A DNA stretch of 63,969 bases, the filler included, from Octopus bimaculoides (Eukaryota), in assembly GCF_001194135.2 (NCBI RefSeq). It is 7 parts of 7 records of this genome, joined end to end, with 100 filler letters (N's around TTAATTAATTAA, not from the genome) between each part and the next. Parts side by side here need not be neighbours in the genome. Positions count along the whole stretch, not along the records: positions 26,853 to 51,547 come from NC_068986.1; positions 51,648 to 56,421 come from NC_068989.1; positions 56,522 to 59,068 come from NC_069010.1; positions 59,169 to 61,752 come from NC_068988.1; positions 61,853 to 63,969 come from NC_068981.1; 2 more parts are not named here. One strand, given 5' to 3'. Every line of letters starts with the position of its first letter. The first letter of the stretch is position 1. Below the pieces are notes generated by a model. The model saw nothing but the letters and a program-made list of their open reading frames with translations, was not told the origin of the DNA and ran no database searches. Positions 51,085-63,712 of the stretch are shown one piece after another. Both the position numbers and the translations under genes were made by a program.

Positions 51085-51535
51085 GTTTCTGTCATTGCAC
51101 TGCGGCCATGCTGGAGCACCACATTAAGGGTTTAGTCAAACAAATCGCTCCAAGTACTTATTAATTATTACTTTAAATAGTGTGGTGTTTACTCTATTGG
51201 TCGCTTTTGCCGAGCCGCCAGGTTATGGGGACGTAGACACACCAAAATAGGCTGTCAAGCGGTGTTGGGGGACAAACACATGCACAAAGAGACGCGCACG
51301 CACACGCGCATACATGTATATATATTCTTTAAATTATTTTCTTTGTTTCAGTCATTTGACTGTGGCCATGCTGGAGCACCGCCTTTAGTCGAACAAATCG
51401 ACGCCAGGACTTATTCTTTGTAAGCCTAGTACTTATTCTATCGGTCTTTTTTGCCGAACCTTTAAGTTACGGGCACGTAAACACACTAACATCGATTATC
51501 AAGCGATGGTAGGGAGACAAACACAGACACACAAA
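51085..51535 (-). mobile_element. Two tandem SINE family A tails
   Basis: CTGCGGCCATGCTGGAGCACC-type motif at about 51100 and about 51360. Confidence 0.8.
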
Positions 51536-52308
51536 CATATATATATANNNNNNNNNNNNNNNNNNNNNNNNNNNNNNNNNNNNNNNNNNNNTTAATTAAT
51601 TAANNNNNNNNNNNNNNNNNNNNNNNNNNNNNNNNNNNNNNNNNNNNATATATATATATATATGTATGTATAGAGATATTAATATTTCTAAGTCTCTCTC
51701 TAAAGGTGACTACGGCAGCGGTACTGGATATTAATAGTTATCGCCAAGCCAACAAAGCAGTCCAAAAAATAGGACGAATGCTGCCGTTGATTAGCTCCAA
51801 GAGGCCATCGCCTCTAGCTAGCTCTGTGACGCACGAACCTGTGTCCTTTATAACCTTCGAACAGGGGAGAACATATATATATATATGGCACTGTATATAT
51901 GGTATTGTTTTTATTTGCCTAAAAATTATGAACTGATATCGTATGCCTTTCACTTATTTGTTAGAACACATCCTAACTGAGATAACTTCTCCAATAAATC
52001 GATATAATTGCTAGAGTTGGCATATATTTTATTTGTTGTAAACCTGTTTAGCAAAATCACCCCCCTCCAGTCTTTATCGATTCGCCCTGATCTACCTGAC
52101 CGGATGTTTCAAATGCACCACTGATTATTCAGTGATCAGAGACAATATATTTCATTGATATTGTATGGATACATGAGACGAGGATGTGCTAGGTTGTCAG
52201 AGGATCTGGGTTACTAGAACTGTATGTGGAATAGGGTGGGATACAGGTTATAAATTTGCCTATATACATATTCATGTTTTGTGCATTCATGTATATATGC
52301 ACTTATTG

Positions 52309-52346
<38 letters not shown>

Positions 52347-52359
52347 ACTTAAGTAAGTA

Positions 52360-52526
52360 AGCGCAGGAGTGGCTGTGTGGTATGTAGCTTGCTTACCAAC
52401 CACATGGTCCCGGGTTCAGTCGCACTGCGTGGCACCTTGGGCAAGTGTCTTCTACTATAGCCTCGGGCCAACCAAAGCCTTGTGAGTGGACTTGGTAGAC
52501 AGAAACTGGAAGAAGCCCGTCGTATA
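52360..52526 (+). mobile_element. SINE family A head
   Basis: GCGCAGGAGTGGCTGTGTGG..GAAGCCCGTCG, continuing into a gap. Confidence 0.9.
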
Positions 52527-53056
52527 TANNNNNNNNNNNNNNNNNNNNNNNNNNNNNNNNNNNNNNNNNNNNNNNNNNNNNNNNNNNNNNNNNNNNNNNN
52601 NNNNNNNNNNNNNNNNNNNNNNNNNNNNNNNNNNNNNNNNNNNNNNNNNNNNNNNNNNNNNNNNNNNNNNNNNNNNNNNNNNNNNNNNNNNNNNNNNNNN
52701 NNNNNNNNNNNNNNNNNNNNNNNNNNNNNNNNNNNNNNNNNNNNNNNNNNNNNNNNNNNNNNNNNNNNNNNNNNNNNNNNNNNNNNNNNNNNNNNNNNNN
52801 NNNNNNNNNNNNNNNNNNNNNNNNNNNNNNNNNNNNNNNNNNNNNNNNNNNNNNNNNNNNNNNNNNNNNNNNNNNNNNNNNNNNNNNNNNNNNNNNNNNN
52901 NNNNNNNNNNNNNNNNNNNNNNNNNNNNNNNNNNNNNNNNNNNNNNNNNNNNNNNNNNNNNNNNNNNNNNNNNNNNNNNNNNNNNNNNNNNNNNNNNNNN
53001 NNNNNNNNNNNNNNNNNNNNNNNNNNNNNNNNNNNNNNNNNNNNNNNNNNNNNNNN

Positions 53057-53093
<37 letters not shown>

Positions 53094-53142
53094 TTAACAT
53101 TTCTAAGTCCCTCTAAAGGAGACTACGGCAGCGGTACTGGTT

Positions 53143-53366
53143 ATTAATAGTCATCGCCAAGCTAACATGGCAGTCCAGGAAAATAGGACGAAGGCTACCG
53201 TTGATTACCTCCAAGAAGTCACCGCTTCTAGCTAGCTATGTGACACACAAACCTGTGTCCGTGTGTCACATAGCTAGCTAGAGGCGATGGCCACTTGGAG
53301 CTAATCAACGGCAGCATTCGTCCTATTTTCCTGGATTGCCATGGCAGCTTGGCGATAAGTATTAAT
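53143..53366. repeat. Long fold-back hairpin (106-bp arms, 12-nt loop)
   Basis: 53143-53248 vs 53261-53366 matches at 93/106 with no indels. Confidence 0.95.
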
Positions 53367-53459
53367 ATATATATAATTCTTAAAAAAGAATATTTTGAGA
53401 GTGACTTCAACGTGAAGTACAAACACACACACCCACTCACACACGCACACACTCATAAA

Positions 53460-53618
53460 TATACATACGACGGGCTTCTTTCTCTTTCCATCTATCAAAT
53501 CTGCCCATAAGCCTTTGCTCGACTCGAGACCTTAGTAGAAGACACGAGTCAAGGTGCTAAACAGTGAGACCGAACCTGGAACCATGCAGTTGGCAAGTAA
53601 ACTTCTTACCACACAACC
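53460..53618 (-). mobile_element. SINE family A head, diverged
   Basis: CGACGGGCTTCTTT..AGTAGAAGACAC..CGAACCTGGAACCATG..CTTACCACACA. Confidence 0.8.
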
Positions 53619-53814
53619 TTGCCTTTATATTATACACGTCATCCTCCGTTTTATCATGCACGTGATCCTCCAATCCGTGAAACTAGTCCATGGCACACAA
53701 AAAAAAAAAAAATGCCTTGGGACAACAAAAAAAATGGCTGCCATTGAACAATATTCGCTCTGCTGTGTTTGCTTGCCTCAAATTGCTGGGGGGTTTTTCT
53801 TCTTAAATGCTCCA

Positions 53815-54130
53815 CCAATATTCCTTATTGTTAAAGGTATAGCTAAATTCTGATTCTGATGTGTCTTTGGTATAGCTATCATTACAATTCTTCACGCGAA
53901 TAACATTGTAAATAGTTATGGCAACAATGCCATGCCTCATGCGAAGTTAGTACCCTGCGAATAGTTTTGGACAGCTGCGGATGATATGCACGATATCTTT
54001 CATATTGGTATGGCACAATCGACATTTTCTCTCTCAACGTGGAGGTCTAGAAGCTTCCATATCTCTTTTGTTCATCAGGTATTTAGTAGCTATCTCTTGC
54101 TATTCTTGAATAGAGAAGGCGTATCCTTCT
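53815..54130 (-). mobile_element. R4-like RLE element, CCHC zinc-finger region
   Basis: EGYAFSIQE.QEIATKYLMNKRD..KCRLCHTNMKDIVHIIRSCPKL..RHGIVAITIYN..EYW. Confidence 0.88.
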
Positions 54131-54971
54131 ATGTGACCTGATGTATATAGGTGAATATGTAGGTATGCTTTTATTTATTAATTCTTTTATTCTTTTATTC
54201 GTTTCAGTCATTTGACTGCGGCCATGCTAGAGCACTGCTTTTAGTCGAGCAAATCGAACCCAGGACTTATTCTGTCGGTCTCTTTTGCCGAACAGCTATG
54301 TTACGGTTGCCAAGCGATGTTGGGGGGAAAAACACAGACACACAAACATATACACACATACTTACATACATACATGTATATATATATATATATATATNNN
54401 NNNNNNNNNNNNNNNNNNNNNNNNNNNNNNNNNNNNNNNNNNNNNNNNNNNNNNNNNNNNNNNNNNNNNNNNNNNNNNNNNNNNNNNNNNNNNNNNNNNN
54501 NNNNNNNNNNNNNNNNNNNNNNNNNNNNNNNNNNNNNNNNNNNNNNNNNNNNNNNNNNNNNNNNNNNNNNNNNNNNNNNNNNNNNNNNNNNNNNNNNNNN
54601 NNNNNNNNNNNNNNNNNNNNNNNNNNNNNNNNNNNNNNNNNNNNNNNNNNNNNNNNNNNNNNNNNNNNNNNNNNNNNNNNNNNNNNNNNNNNNNNNNNNN
54701 NNNNNNNNNNNNNNNNNNNNNNNNNNNNNNNNNNNNNNNNNNNNNNNNNNNNNNNNNNNNNNNNNNNNNNNNNNNNNNNNNNNNNNNNNNNNNNNNNNNN
54801 NNNNNNNNNNNNNNNNNNNNNNNNNNNNNNNNNNNNNNNNNNNNNNNNNNNNNNNNNNNNNNNNNNNNNNNNNNNNNNNNNNNNNNNNNNNNNNNNNNCT
54901 ATGTGACCTGATGTATATAGGTGAATATGTAGGTATGCTTTTATTTATTAATTCTTTTATTCTTTTATTCG

Positions 54972-55106
54972 TTTCAGTCATTTGACTGCGACCATGCTGG
55001 AGCACTGCCTTTAGTCGAACAAATCAACCTCAGGACTTATTCTTTGTAAGCCTAGTACTTATTCTATCAGTAGTGCTCCAGCATGACCGCAGTCAAATGA
55101 CTGAAA
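54972..55106. repeat. Inverted pair of SINE family A tails (35-bp arms)
   Basis: 54972-55006 vs 55072-55106 matches at 33/35; loop 65 nt. Confidence 0.9.
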
Positions 55107-55624
55107 GAAATAAGAAGGACAAACAAAAAAAAACAAAAGAAAATGTACTCAACGACATTTTGTATTGAAACCACCTTAAATGCAAAAACAAAAAAAAGAA
55201 AAAGAAGCAAAATAACAGCCTTATGTTGTTTTGCTCCAGCATGACAACTACCACCGCCATTCACTAATATTTATTTGACGTTAGACGATGGTGATTCGTG
55301 ATACTGATAGTTGTATGATAAAGGAGGAAGTAGCCTCCATTTCTGAGACGTCTTTCTCTCCAAATCCATTAAATCGATTTAAATTACTTTCTTTTACGAC
55401 GTTTTTAATTAATGTCTCACTGCACTACATCATACACACCACTACACCATACACACCACTACATCATACACTCCACTACATCATACACTCAAACACACAC
55501 GGACACAAAACACGTCTTTGATCTTTTTATCTTAATCTCCTCTGTCTCTCGTGCTTTTCGCTTTTTCCCTACTCCTACCCATATTCCCTCCACCTCTGTC
55601 TTTCTCTCTACCCTCTCTTCTTTC

Positions 55625-55658
<34 letters not shown>

Positions 55659-56129
55659 NNNNNNNNNNNNNNNNNNNNNNNNNNNNNNNNNNNNNNNNNN
55701 NNNNNNNNNNNNNNNNNNNNNNNNNNNNNNNNNNNNNNNNNNNNNNNNNNNNNNNNNNCTCTCTCTCACTCTCTCTCACTCTCTCCTTCTCTCTCTCTCT
55801 CTCTCTCTGTCACTCTCACCCACTCTCTCTTTCTTCCTTTTTCTATTCCTCCTCTCGCTCTCACTGACTTTTTATTTTGGTTTTTTTTTCCTTTACTCTA
55901 TATACATGTATGTTGTCGTCAGTTCCTTGTACACACACACACACACATGTGCACGCGCACACTCACATACATACATCGATGCAAACATGCACATGCACGC
56001 ACATGCGAACACACACACACGCACGCGTGCGCGTACATACACATAGACACACTCACAAATATACCACACAAAAAATTCATTCTACAATATGTACCAATAG
56101 ATATATTAACGAGAATCCATTGTCTGCAA

Positions 56130-56179
<50 letters not shown>

Positions 56180-56310
56180 TGATGATGATGATGATGATAT
56201 AGAACAAGAAATGGTAAAAAATATGTATAAAAGAACAATATTAATCGTAAATTCCATTCTTAAACCCCCTCTAAAAGACGCCAGAACGAATAAATATTAT
56301 ATATATATAC

Positions 56311-56421
<111 letters not shown>

Positions 56422-56521
56422 NNNNNNNNNNNNNNNNNNNNNNNNNNNNNNNNNNNNNNNNNNNNTTAATTAATTAANNNNNNNNNNNNNNNNNNNNNNN
56501 NNNNNNNNNNNNNNNNNNNNN

Positions 56522-56790
56522 GGTTGCGGGAGTATTTCTCAAATCTTCCAGCTATGGGTCCCAGACAACACAGTCACCTCCCTCTCAAGTGCCAGTAGAC
56601 ATTGAGTCTTGGTCTCACGTGTTTATTAGGGATGATTCTGTCAAAGGACCCCTTGTTTCTCCCTATAAAGGACCCTTTCGTGTGCTTTCTTGCACTCCAA
56701 AGTTCTTCAAGGTCGACGCTAATGGTCGTACAGAGATTGTGTCTGTCGACCGTCTGAAAAAAGCGTACCTTGACAAACCCTCAACTTCCG
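56522..56790 (+). mobile_element. Ty3/Gypsy LTR retrotransposon integrase C-terminus (GPY/F domain)
   Basis: SWSHVFIRDDSVKGPLVSPYKGPFRVL..FKVDANGRTEIVSVDRLKKAY. Confidence 0.92.
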
Positions 56791-56924
56791 TGGACGACGT
56801 GCCACTACAAAACTCAAAAAGCCAGAAGACTCAATTTCAGTCGATTTATCTGACTTTACTTTGTTAAGTATATAATTTTTCTGTTTAAATTCAAAAATAA
56901 CAATCAAGTGGAAGTGAAAAATAT

Positions 56925-57080
56925 GTACGGCGTGGCAAGAAGCTTGCTTCCCAACCACATGCTTCCGGGTTCAGTCCCACCTGTGTGATACCTTGGGCAA
57001 GTGTCTTCTACTAGAGCCTCGGGAAAACCAAAGCCTTGTGAGTGGATCTGGTAGATGGAAACCGAAAGAAGCCCGTCATG
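56925..57080 (+). mobile_element. SINE family A head
   Basis: CCGGGTTCAGTCCCAC..CCTTGGGCAAGTGTCTTC..GAAAGAAGCCCGTC. Confidence 0.85.
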
Positions 57081-57115
57081 CGTGTGTGTGTGTGTGTGTG
57101 AGCGAGTCTTTGTAT

Positions 57116-57156
<41 letters not shown>

Positions 57157-57550
57157 TCACAGAGTCTATTGTTTATTTAGAATCATCAGTGTTTATATTA
57201 ATGCAATGTGTGTGTGTGAAACACAACGGATTTTAAAATGTCAAGAGATTCAGTGTTAATATTATATGAAATCGCCGAAACTTTATATAATATTATACAT
57301 AGTTATGGATATAAAGATACATATAGGCATTATATATCAACGTGTATACAGGAAAGACTTGAAAAATACAAATTTACCAAATATAATATACCACCAGTAG
57401 CTGTTGAATAATTCCCCGCCAACAGGAAAGATTTGATCGTAAACACCAACTTGGCGGGATTTCTTCTTTTCTCTCTCTCTCTCTATATATATTTATCTGT
57501 TTCTTCTCTCTCCCTTTCGCTTTGCTTTTCTCTTTCTATCTTTCCCTCTG

Positions 57551-57604
<54 letters not shown>

Positions 57605-58019
57605 GTGATCTTTCGATTTGCCACTGTATATATGTGTTTGTCCGTCGGACTATCCGGATGTGTCTTTCTCTGTCTCTCTTTCTCTATATTTATCTGTTTC
57701 TCTCTGTCTCTCTCCTTCTCATATCTTGTTCTATATGCCTTTCTCTCTCTCCCTCATCTATCGAACTGTCTCTCCGTCTCTGCCTCACCCTATCTCCCTT
57801 TCTCTCCGTGTCTCTCTATCGATCACACTGTTTCTCCCATTTTCTTTCTCTCTTTCTGTCTCCGCCCTCTCCCCCAACCTTATCTTCAACCTCCCTCGGA
57901 GTATCTTTCCCCCCTCCCTCTCCCTTTCTACTCCTCCTTACTTCCTTCCTTGCCCCCGCTCCCATCGCCGCTCTGCTCTTGTTACTCCGGTCACACGCAG
58001 CAACACAGTTACTTCCCTT

Positions 58020-58490
58020 CCACTGCAAACAGAGAGGTCTTAACATGTTCCATCAGAACATCCACTTCACGCGTTCATTCAAAGAACAGATACTTCAATC
58101 GATTGAGTTATTGAATATCTTTGTTCATACACATGATGGATAATCCGAAATCCATGTGTCTAACACACGTGAGCGTGCCTACGAAGTCAAAAAGCAGCAC
58201 AGCTCCCATGACTTTCAGAAATATTTTTTTCACACCCAAAGTTGCTGAAGCATGGAACAAACTACCTGCATCAGGTGTTAGCTGCCAAGACATTGCAACC
58301 TTTAAAACCTCCATGCTTCCTGAAATTCACTAACACTACACCTGGTATCCCCCTCCCTCCATACGCATACACACATGTATATCATGACTCATATACTGTT
58401 TACTTTCCTGACTTTTGTACATAATTCTGTGTACTGTACTTGCACTTTTGATGAGTTGTAGTGGACATGAGAACTGTACACAATAATTTT
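58020..58490 (+). mobile_element. CR1-like LINE ORF2 C-terminus and 3' UTR
   Basis: NTR..YEVKKQHS..FFTPKVAEAWNKLPASGVSCQDIATFKTSM. Confidence 0.85.
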
Positions 58491-58869
58491 ATAAATGGTT
58501 GATAGTTGTAATAGAGACATTAGTCTCTCTCTATCACCTTTCAACAGCATTATATATCAAGTAACAGTAGAACAATTAACAATATAATATAAAAATAAGT
58601 TTTATTTTTTGATGATGCTTGGTTTTATAAGTCCTGTGTCACTCAGCTTAGCAGCCGCTGATTAATTGGTAATGAGTATTGGAAGGTTAAGAGCTTCCTT
58701 GATGCATGCCAGAAGAGTAAATAGCTGTCATATCGATAGCATCGTGGTGAAGAGTGCTTCGTTGAGGAGCGAGGTGTTGTCACGTCGAAGGTCTCTCACT
58801 CAACTGAGTTATAAAACGAAAGTAACTCTTTAAGTACTAGTTTTACTACGCATGTGCACTCAAGGGGCT

Positions 58870-59068
58870 TCCGGAAAGGCAAGTGCAGAATAGTACTTCC
58901 TCAATGGCAGCTATAATTTCGAGCCACTACAATTTCATTATTCAGGATCACAACATATAGGTACATTGCAAAATAATTTCTTTTCCTCAACAGGCCCTGC
59001 CCTGTTTAACATTGTCCCGAAACAGATAAAAGAGGAAAAGGACCCTATCAGCTTTAAACGGAGTCTAG
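58870..59068 (+). mobile_element. CR1/L2-group LINE C-terminal fragment
   Basis: NFFSSTGPALFNIVPKQIKEEKDPISFKRSL. Confidence 0.7.
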
Positions 59069-59518
59069 NNNNNNNNNNNNNNNNNNNNNNNNNNNNNNNN
59101 NNNNNNNNNNNNTTAATTAATTAANNNNNNNNNNNNNNNNNNNNNNNNNNNNNNNNNNNNNNNNNNNNATATGCATTTGTCTGTTCTAGCTAGTTTAATT
59201 ATTACTTAAATCTCTCAGAGACTAGTTTCTTGAGAATTCAATGATCCAAGTTTTTATCGCATTATTTTGCATATCTCGGGTCCATATATATGAGAATTCT
59301 TGTAGAAAGAACAACGAATCGGTGGAAGCTATTCTGCTCCGATTACAGTCTTTTTATTTTTATTTTGTTTATCATTCTTATTTTTACTTTTTTTTTCCTG
59401 TTACAAATCATTCATGTGTTACAGAGAGACGCAACTATCTTTTGAAAGACACCAGGGAAAACGTTCGTCACGTTTCTTAATCTTTTTGCTTGGGCGAAAC
59501 AGTTTTATAACTGCATAC

Positions 59519-59618
59519 CGTTCAACGACAAAATCCTTTTGTGAGATTTTCTGATGGTAGATTTTGAGGAAGAGAGTTCTGGGATTTGACAGTAATTCTA
59601 ATTTTTCACTCTTTTGTA
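59519..59618 (-). CDS. Candidate exon
   Basis: CTTTAG acceptor and GTATGC donor; phase 1-2, QKSEKLELLSNPRTLFLKIYHQKISQKDFVVE. Confidence 0.25.
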
Positions 59619-60062
59619 CTAAAGATTGGAACTAGATTTTCGGGAACCTTAGTTATAGAAAAGCATACTTCGACTCACACACAAATGTATATGCATGCAT
59701 ATATGATTGTGTATACATATCTATAGCAATATGTGTGTGTCTACAATATATCTCAAATAGGAAAACACCTATAAATAATAGATCATAATTCACTGGATTG
59801 AAAATACTCTTGAATAAAAGGAACGAAAATTATATATCATGAGACACTTACGCGTGTACAACTGGGGTTCTGAGTGACCTGAATGTACTAGGGTTATATA
59901 TTAAATCCAAAACCTCACATAGAGACACAACAGACTCCATATTACCCAAACCACTTATCTTCGCTAACCAAAGTGGTTCGAGTCATGTGCAGTCTGCAGT
60001 GTTTGTAAGTGAACATTCACATAAACATGCACATGTAAACAAGAGGGAGAAATATAGCGAAA

Positions 60063-60125
<63 letters not shown>

Positions 60126-60486
60126 TAGACCGAATCATAGAGACAGAGAGATAGACAGGTAGACGCACAGTAAGATCCAGATAGACAGATAGACAGATTA
60201 AACAACATATATATATATATATATTAAATATGTATGTAATTGAAAATATTTGGAGGCAACAAGGAGTACGGTTGGACATTTATTTTCTATCACTACAATT
60301 GTTTTCACGCAGCGGAGTTCTTTGAGCGTGCTCGTACTTGATTATGCAACCGTTAGCTGCATTATGGGATCTAGTTGTGTTTCCCTACTCCTTCTTGTTG
60401 ACTACAAGATTTTTCAATTATGTATTCACATACGACAATTGCCTATATATGCATATATATATATGTAAGGGGGGGGAGATGTGTGT

Positions 60487-60518
<32 letters not shown>

Positions 60519-60924
60519 GTATGTATGTGCATGCATGTATATATATGTATGTAAGTATATTATATTCATATATCTATCTCTCTCTATATATATATACAAA
60601 CACGCACACAGACATACACACACATAGACACACACACACACACACACACATATACGTGGGGGTTGTGTGTATACAGAGAAACACACAGAAAGACGGTGAG
60701 AGAAAGTCAGAGAGAAAAGTCGATAAATAGGTAGATACAGGAGTATATAAATCGGTGTGTTAAGTGCAAGTTGACCTATACCAAGTCACACATGTGACGT
60801 TCACTAATACTCGCTCGCGCACTTTCACGTATGTTGAGCGAGATATAATTACGCTCATATACATAATTACATATAAATAAACGCACATATATACTAACGT
60901 AAACAATACAGTCAGTATACTCAC

Positions 60925-61010
60925 CAAAGAATATGGTGTCTACACACCCTGGAACATCATTGATCTTTTTATATTTATTACTTAATGGCTTCATTTATGC
61001 CAAAACTTAA
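60925..61010 (-). CDS. Candidate start-codon exon (or non-coding exon)
   Basis: TTTATCACGTCCTTTTTACACAG acceptor and G/GTGAGT donor. There are stops in all frames at the 5' end, then ATG at 60994: MKPLSNKYKKINDVPGCVDTIFF. Confidence 0.4.
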
Positions 61011-61143
61011 CTGTGTAAAAAGGACGTGATAAATATAACTTATTAGCTCATATCTAATCTACAGCACAAATTACACTGATTGTCGTATTAAATATACCGA
61101 TAAATGAGTACACATATATAGGTATATATAGGTGTGTGTATCT

Positions 61144-61186
<43 letters not shown>

Positions 61187-61877
61187 GTATTTAATTATAT
61201 ATACTTTATACATGTTTATATATATACATACATATATGTACGCATATTTATATACTTATATGGAGATATATTGATACGCAATTGTCAAGTGTTATAAATA
61301 TGTGCGCATGCATGACCACGCGTGCGTGCGTGTGTGTTTCAGTGTGTGCCTGTGCGGGGTCTGTGTCTGTGTTTATGTGTTTTGGTCGGTGTTTGTATAT
61401 ATGTATATATATATATATATGTATATAAATCTTTCGTGTTTTCATCCAAAATGGAGGAGCACCATTCCTCCATGGGATCGGCTTGAAATGTTGTTAATAT
61501 ATTGAGACATTCTTTTTAGCATGAAACCAATCCTGCCCTTACACTTTTTTCCACTTTTTTCCACTTTTTTCCACTTGTTTCACCTTTATCTCGTTCTCCT
61601 TCTACCTATCTCGTCCTTCCCTTGTCTCGCCACTTATAACACCCACACCGACATTCACATCCTCTCACCATGCCTGACCTTCACTCCTTCCTCCAACATC
61701 TTCAATCCCTTCTTCGCCGTTTTCTTTCTTTTTTTCCCCCACAATGCTTGCANNNNNNNNNNNNNNNNNNNNNNNNNNNNNNNNNNNNNNNNNNNNTTAA
61801 TTAATTAANNNNNNNNNNNNNNNNNNNNNNNNNNNNNNNNNNNNNNNNNNNNTGTCGTACTCTCTTTCCAGTTACAT

Positions 61878-61912
<35 letters not shown>

Positions 61913-61921
61913 CCTATCTAC

Positions 61922-61971
<50 letters not shown>

Positions 61972-61976
61972 GTCTG

Positions 61977-62041
<65 letters not shown>

Positions 62042-62448
62042 AGTTGAGAATACTATAGAAGTTACATGTGAATCTAGTTTCATATCAAAAACACTTTACG
62101 AACAGAAACGCGCGCGAGCACACACACACATCATGGGCGTAGCCAGGATCTCTACGGGAGAGGTTTCTTAATTATTGAAATGGATCCACCATAAGCCGTC
62201 TAATTTGCGAAAAATCACAAAATTGAAAAAACCTATTAGATAATAATTATATTTGCATGGAGTTGCAGTGTGTGGTAATCGTCCAAGTCTGTCGATTCCA
62301 TCTTTCTGCATACAGGTGTTTTCTATTTATTTTTGTTCTTGTGCATTTCTTTGTTGTTGTGATTTGCTCGGTCTGTGGAAGTGCATGCGGGCCTTCGCTG
62401 ACCATCAGAGAACGGTGAAGCTAATGTTGTAAAATGTTCTTGAATCAT

Positions 62449-62757
62449 TAGGCGCAGGAGTGGCTGTGTGGTAAGTAGCTTGTTTACCAACCACATGGTT
62501 CCGGGTTCAGTCCCACTGCGTGGCATCTTAGGCAAGTGTCTTCTACTATAGCTTTGGGCCGACCAAAGCCTTGTGAGTGGATTTGGTAGACAGAAACTGA
62601 AAGAAGCCCGTCGTATATATGTATATATATATATGCGTGCGTGTGTGTGTGTGTGTATGCTTGTGTGTCTGTGTTTGCTTGACAACCGATGCTGGTGTGT
62701 TTATGTCCCCGTCACTTAGCAGTTCGGCAAATGAGACCGATAGAATAAGTACTAGGC
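62449..62757 (+). mobile_element. SINE family A copy 1 of a near-identical pair
   Basis: The head is identical to the 62913 copy, including private variants. Confidence 0.92.
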
Positions 62758-62912
62758 NNNNNNNNNNNNNNNNNNNNNNNNNNNNNNNNNNNNNNNNNNN
62801 NNNNNNNNNNNNNNNNNNNNNNNNNNNNNNNNNNNNNNNNNNNNNNNNNNNNNNNNNNNNNNNNNNNNNNNNNNNNNNNNNNNNNNNNNNNNNNNNNNNN
62901 NNNNNNNNNNNA

Positions 62913-63335
62913 TTAGGCGCAGGAGTGGCTGTGTGGTAAGTAGCTTGTTTACCAACCACATGGTTCCGGGTTCAGTCCCACTGCGTGGCATCTTAGGCAA
63001 GTGTCTTCTACTATAGCTTTGGGCCGACCAAAGCCTTGTGAGTGGATTTGGTAGACAGAAACTGAAAGAAGCCCGTCGTATATATGTGTATATATATACA
63101 TATATGTATGTGTGTTTGTGTGTCTGTGTTTGTCCTCCCCACCATCGCTTGACAACCGATGCTGGTGTGTTTACGTCCCCGTAACTTAGTGGTTCGGCAA
63201 AAAAGAGACCGATAGAATAAGTACTAGGCTTACAAAGAATAAGTTCTGGGGTCGATTTTCTCGACTAAAGGCGGTGCTCCAGCATGGCCGCAGTCAAATG
63301 ACTGAAACAAGTAAAAGAGTAAAAGAGTAAAAGAG
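62913..63335 (+). mobile_element. SINE family A, full length
   Basis: Complete head, internal TA/TG and tail ending (GTAAAAGA)x3. Confidence 0.95.
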
Positions 63336-63339
63336 TATC

Positions 63340-63712
63340 GTTTGTCAACATCCGTGGAAAAAAGATGGGCAGGGAATTAGCACCAGTGGGGAAGACATTC
63401 TCAGAAGGGAGGTTAGGGAATAGTGGTTTGGATTGTAAAACTACGAGGGTGTAACAGACGAGACACGTAGTTCAGGAATTCCTGGGTAGAGGCGTATTGA
63501 ACCCATCTATCTCCGAAGAGGAGATGCCATTGTAGTTGCTGTGAAAAAGACAGAGAGGAGACAGCATACTTGTTAGCCAGAGGCTGGAACGTGTCTGTAA
63601 ACGTGAGTTTAAGTCAGTCAGTCGAGTGGCTCTGTTCTGGATGCGGTATAGAATGTCTGTGTATGCAGCATCAGCACTGTCCCAGATGTGTATGTTCGCT
63701 TCTGTGTATACA
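63340..63712 (-). mobile_element. CR1/L2/Jockey-group LINE ORF2 C-terminal fragment
   Basis: HIWDSADAAYTDILYRIQNRATRL..LCLFHSNYNGISSSEI..NHYSL..NSLP. Confidence 0.8.

Noticed and set aside
54070-54085. Minus-strand CUGAUGA
   Set aside because: It is part of the R4-like coding sequence (YLMN).
58500-58810. Minus-strand acceptor-like TTACTTTCGTTTTATAACTCAG
   Set aside because: Stops occur in all three frames within 8 codons and there is no strong donor.
61540-61752. Pyrimidine-rich segment possibly from a Penelope N-terminal region
   Set aside because: No diagnostic motif could be translated with confidence.
62449-63090. Apparent tandem duplication of a SINE A across a gap
   Set aside because: The identical private variants and the gap between the copies make uncollapsed alleles the likeliest explanation.
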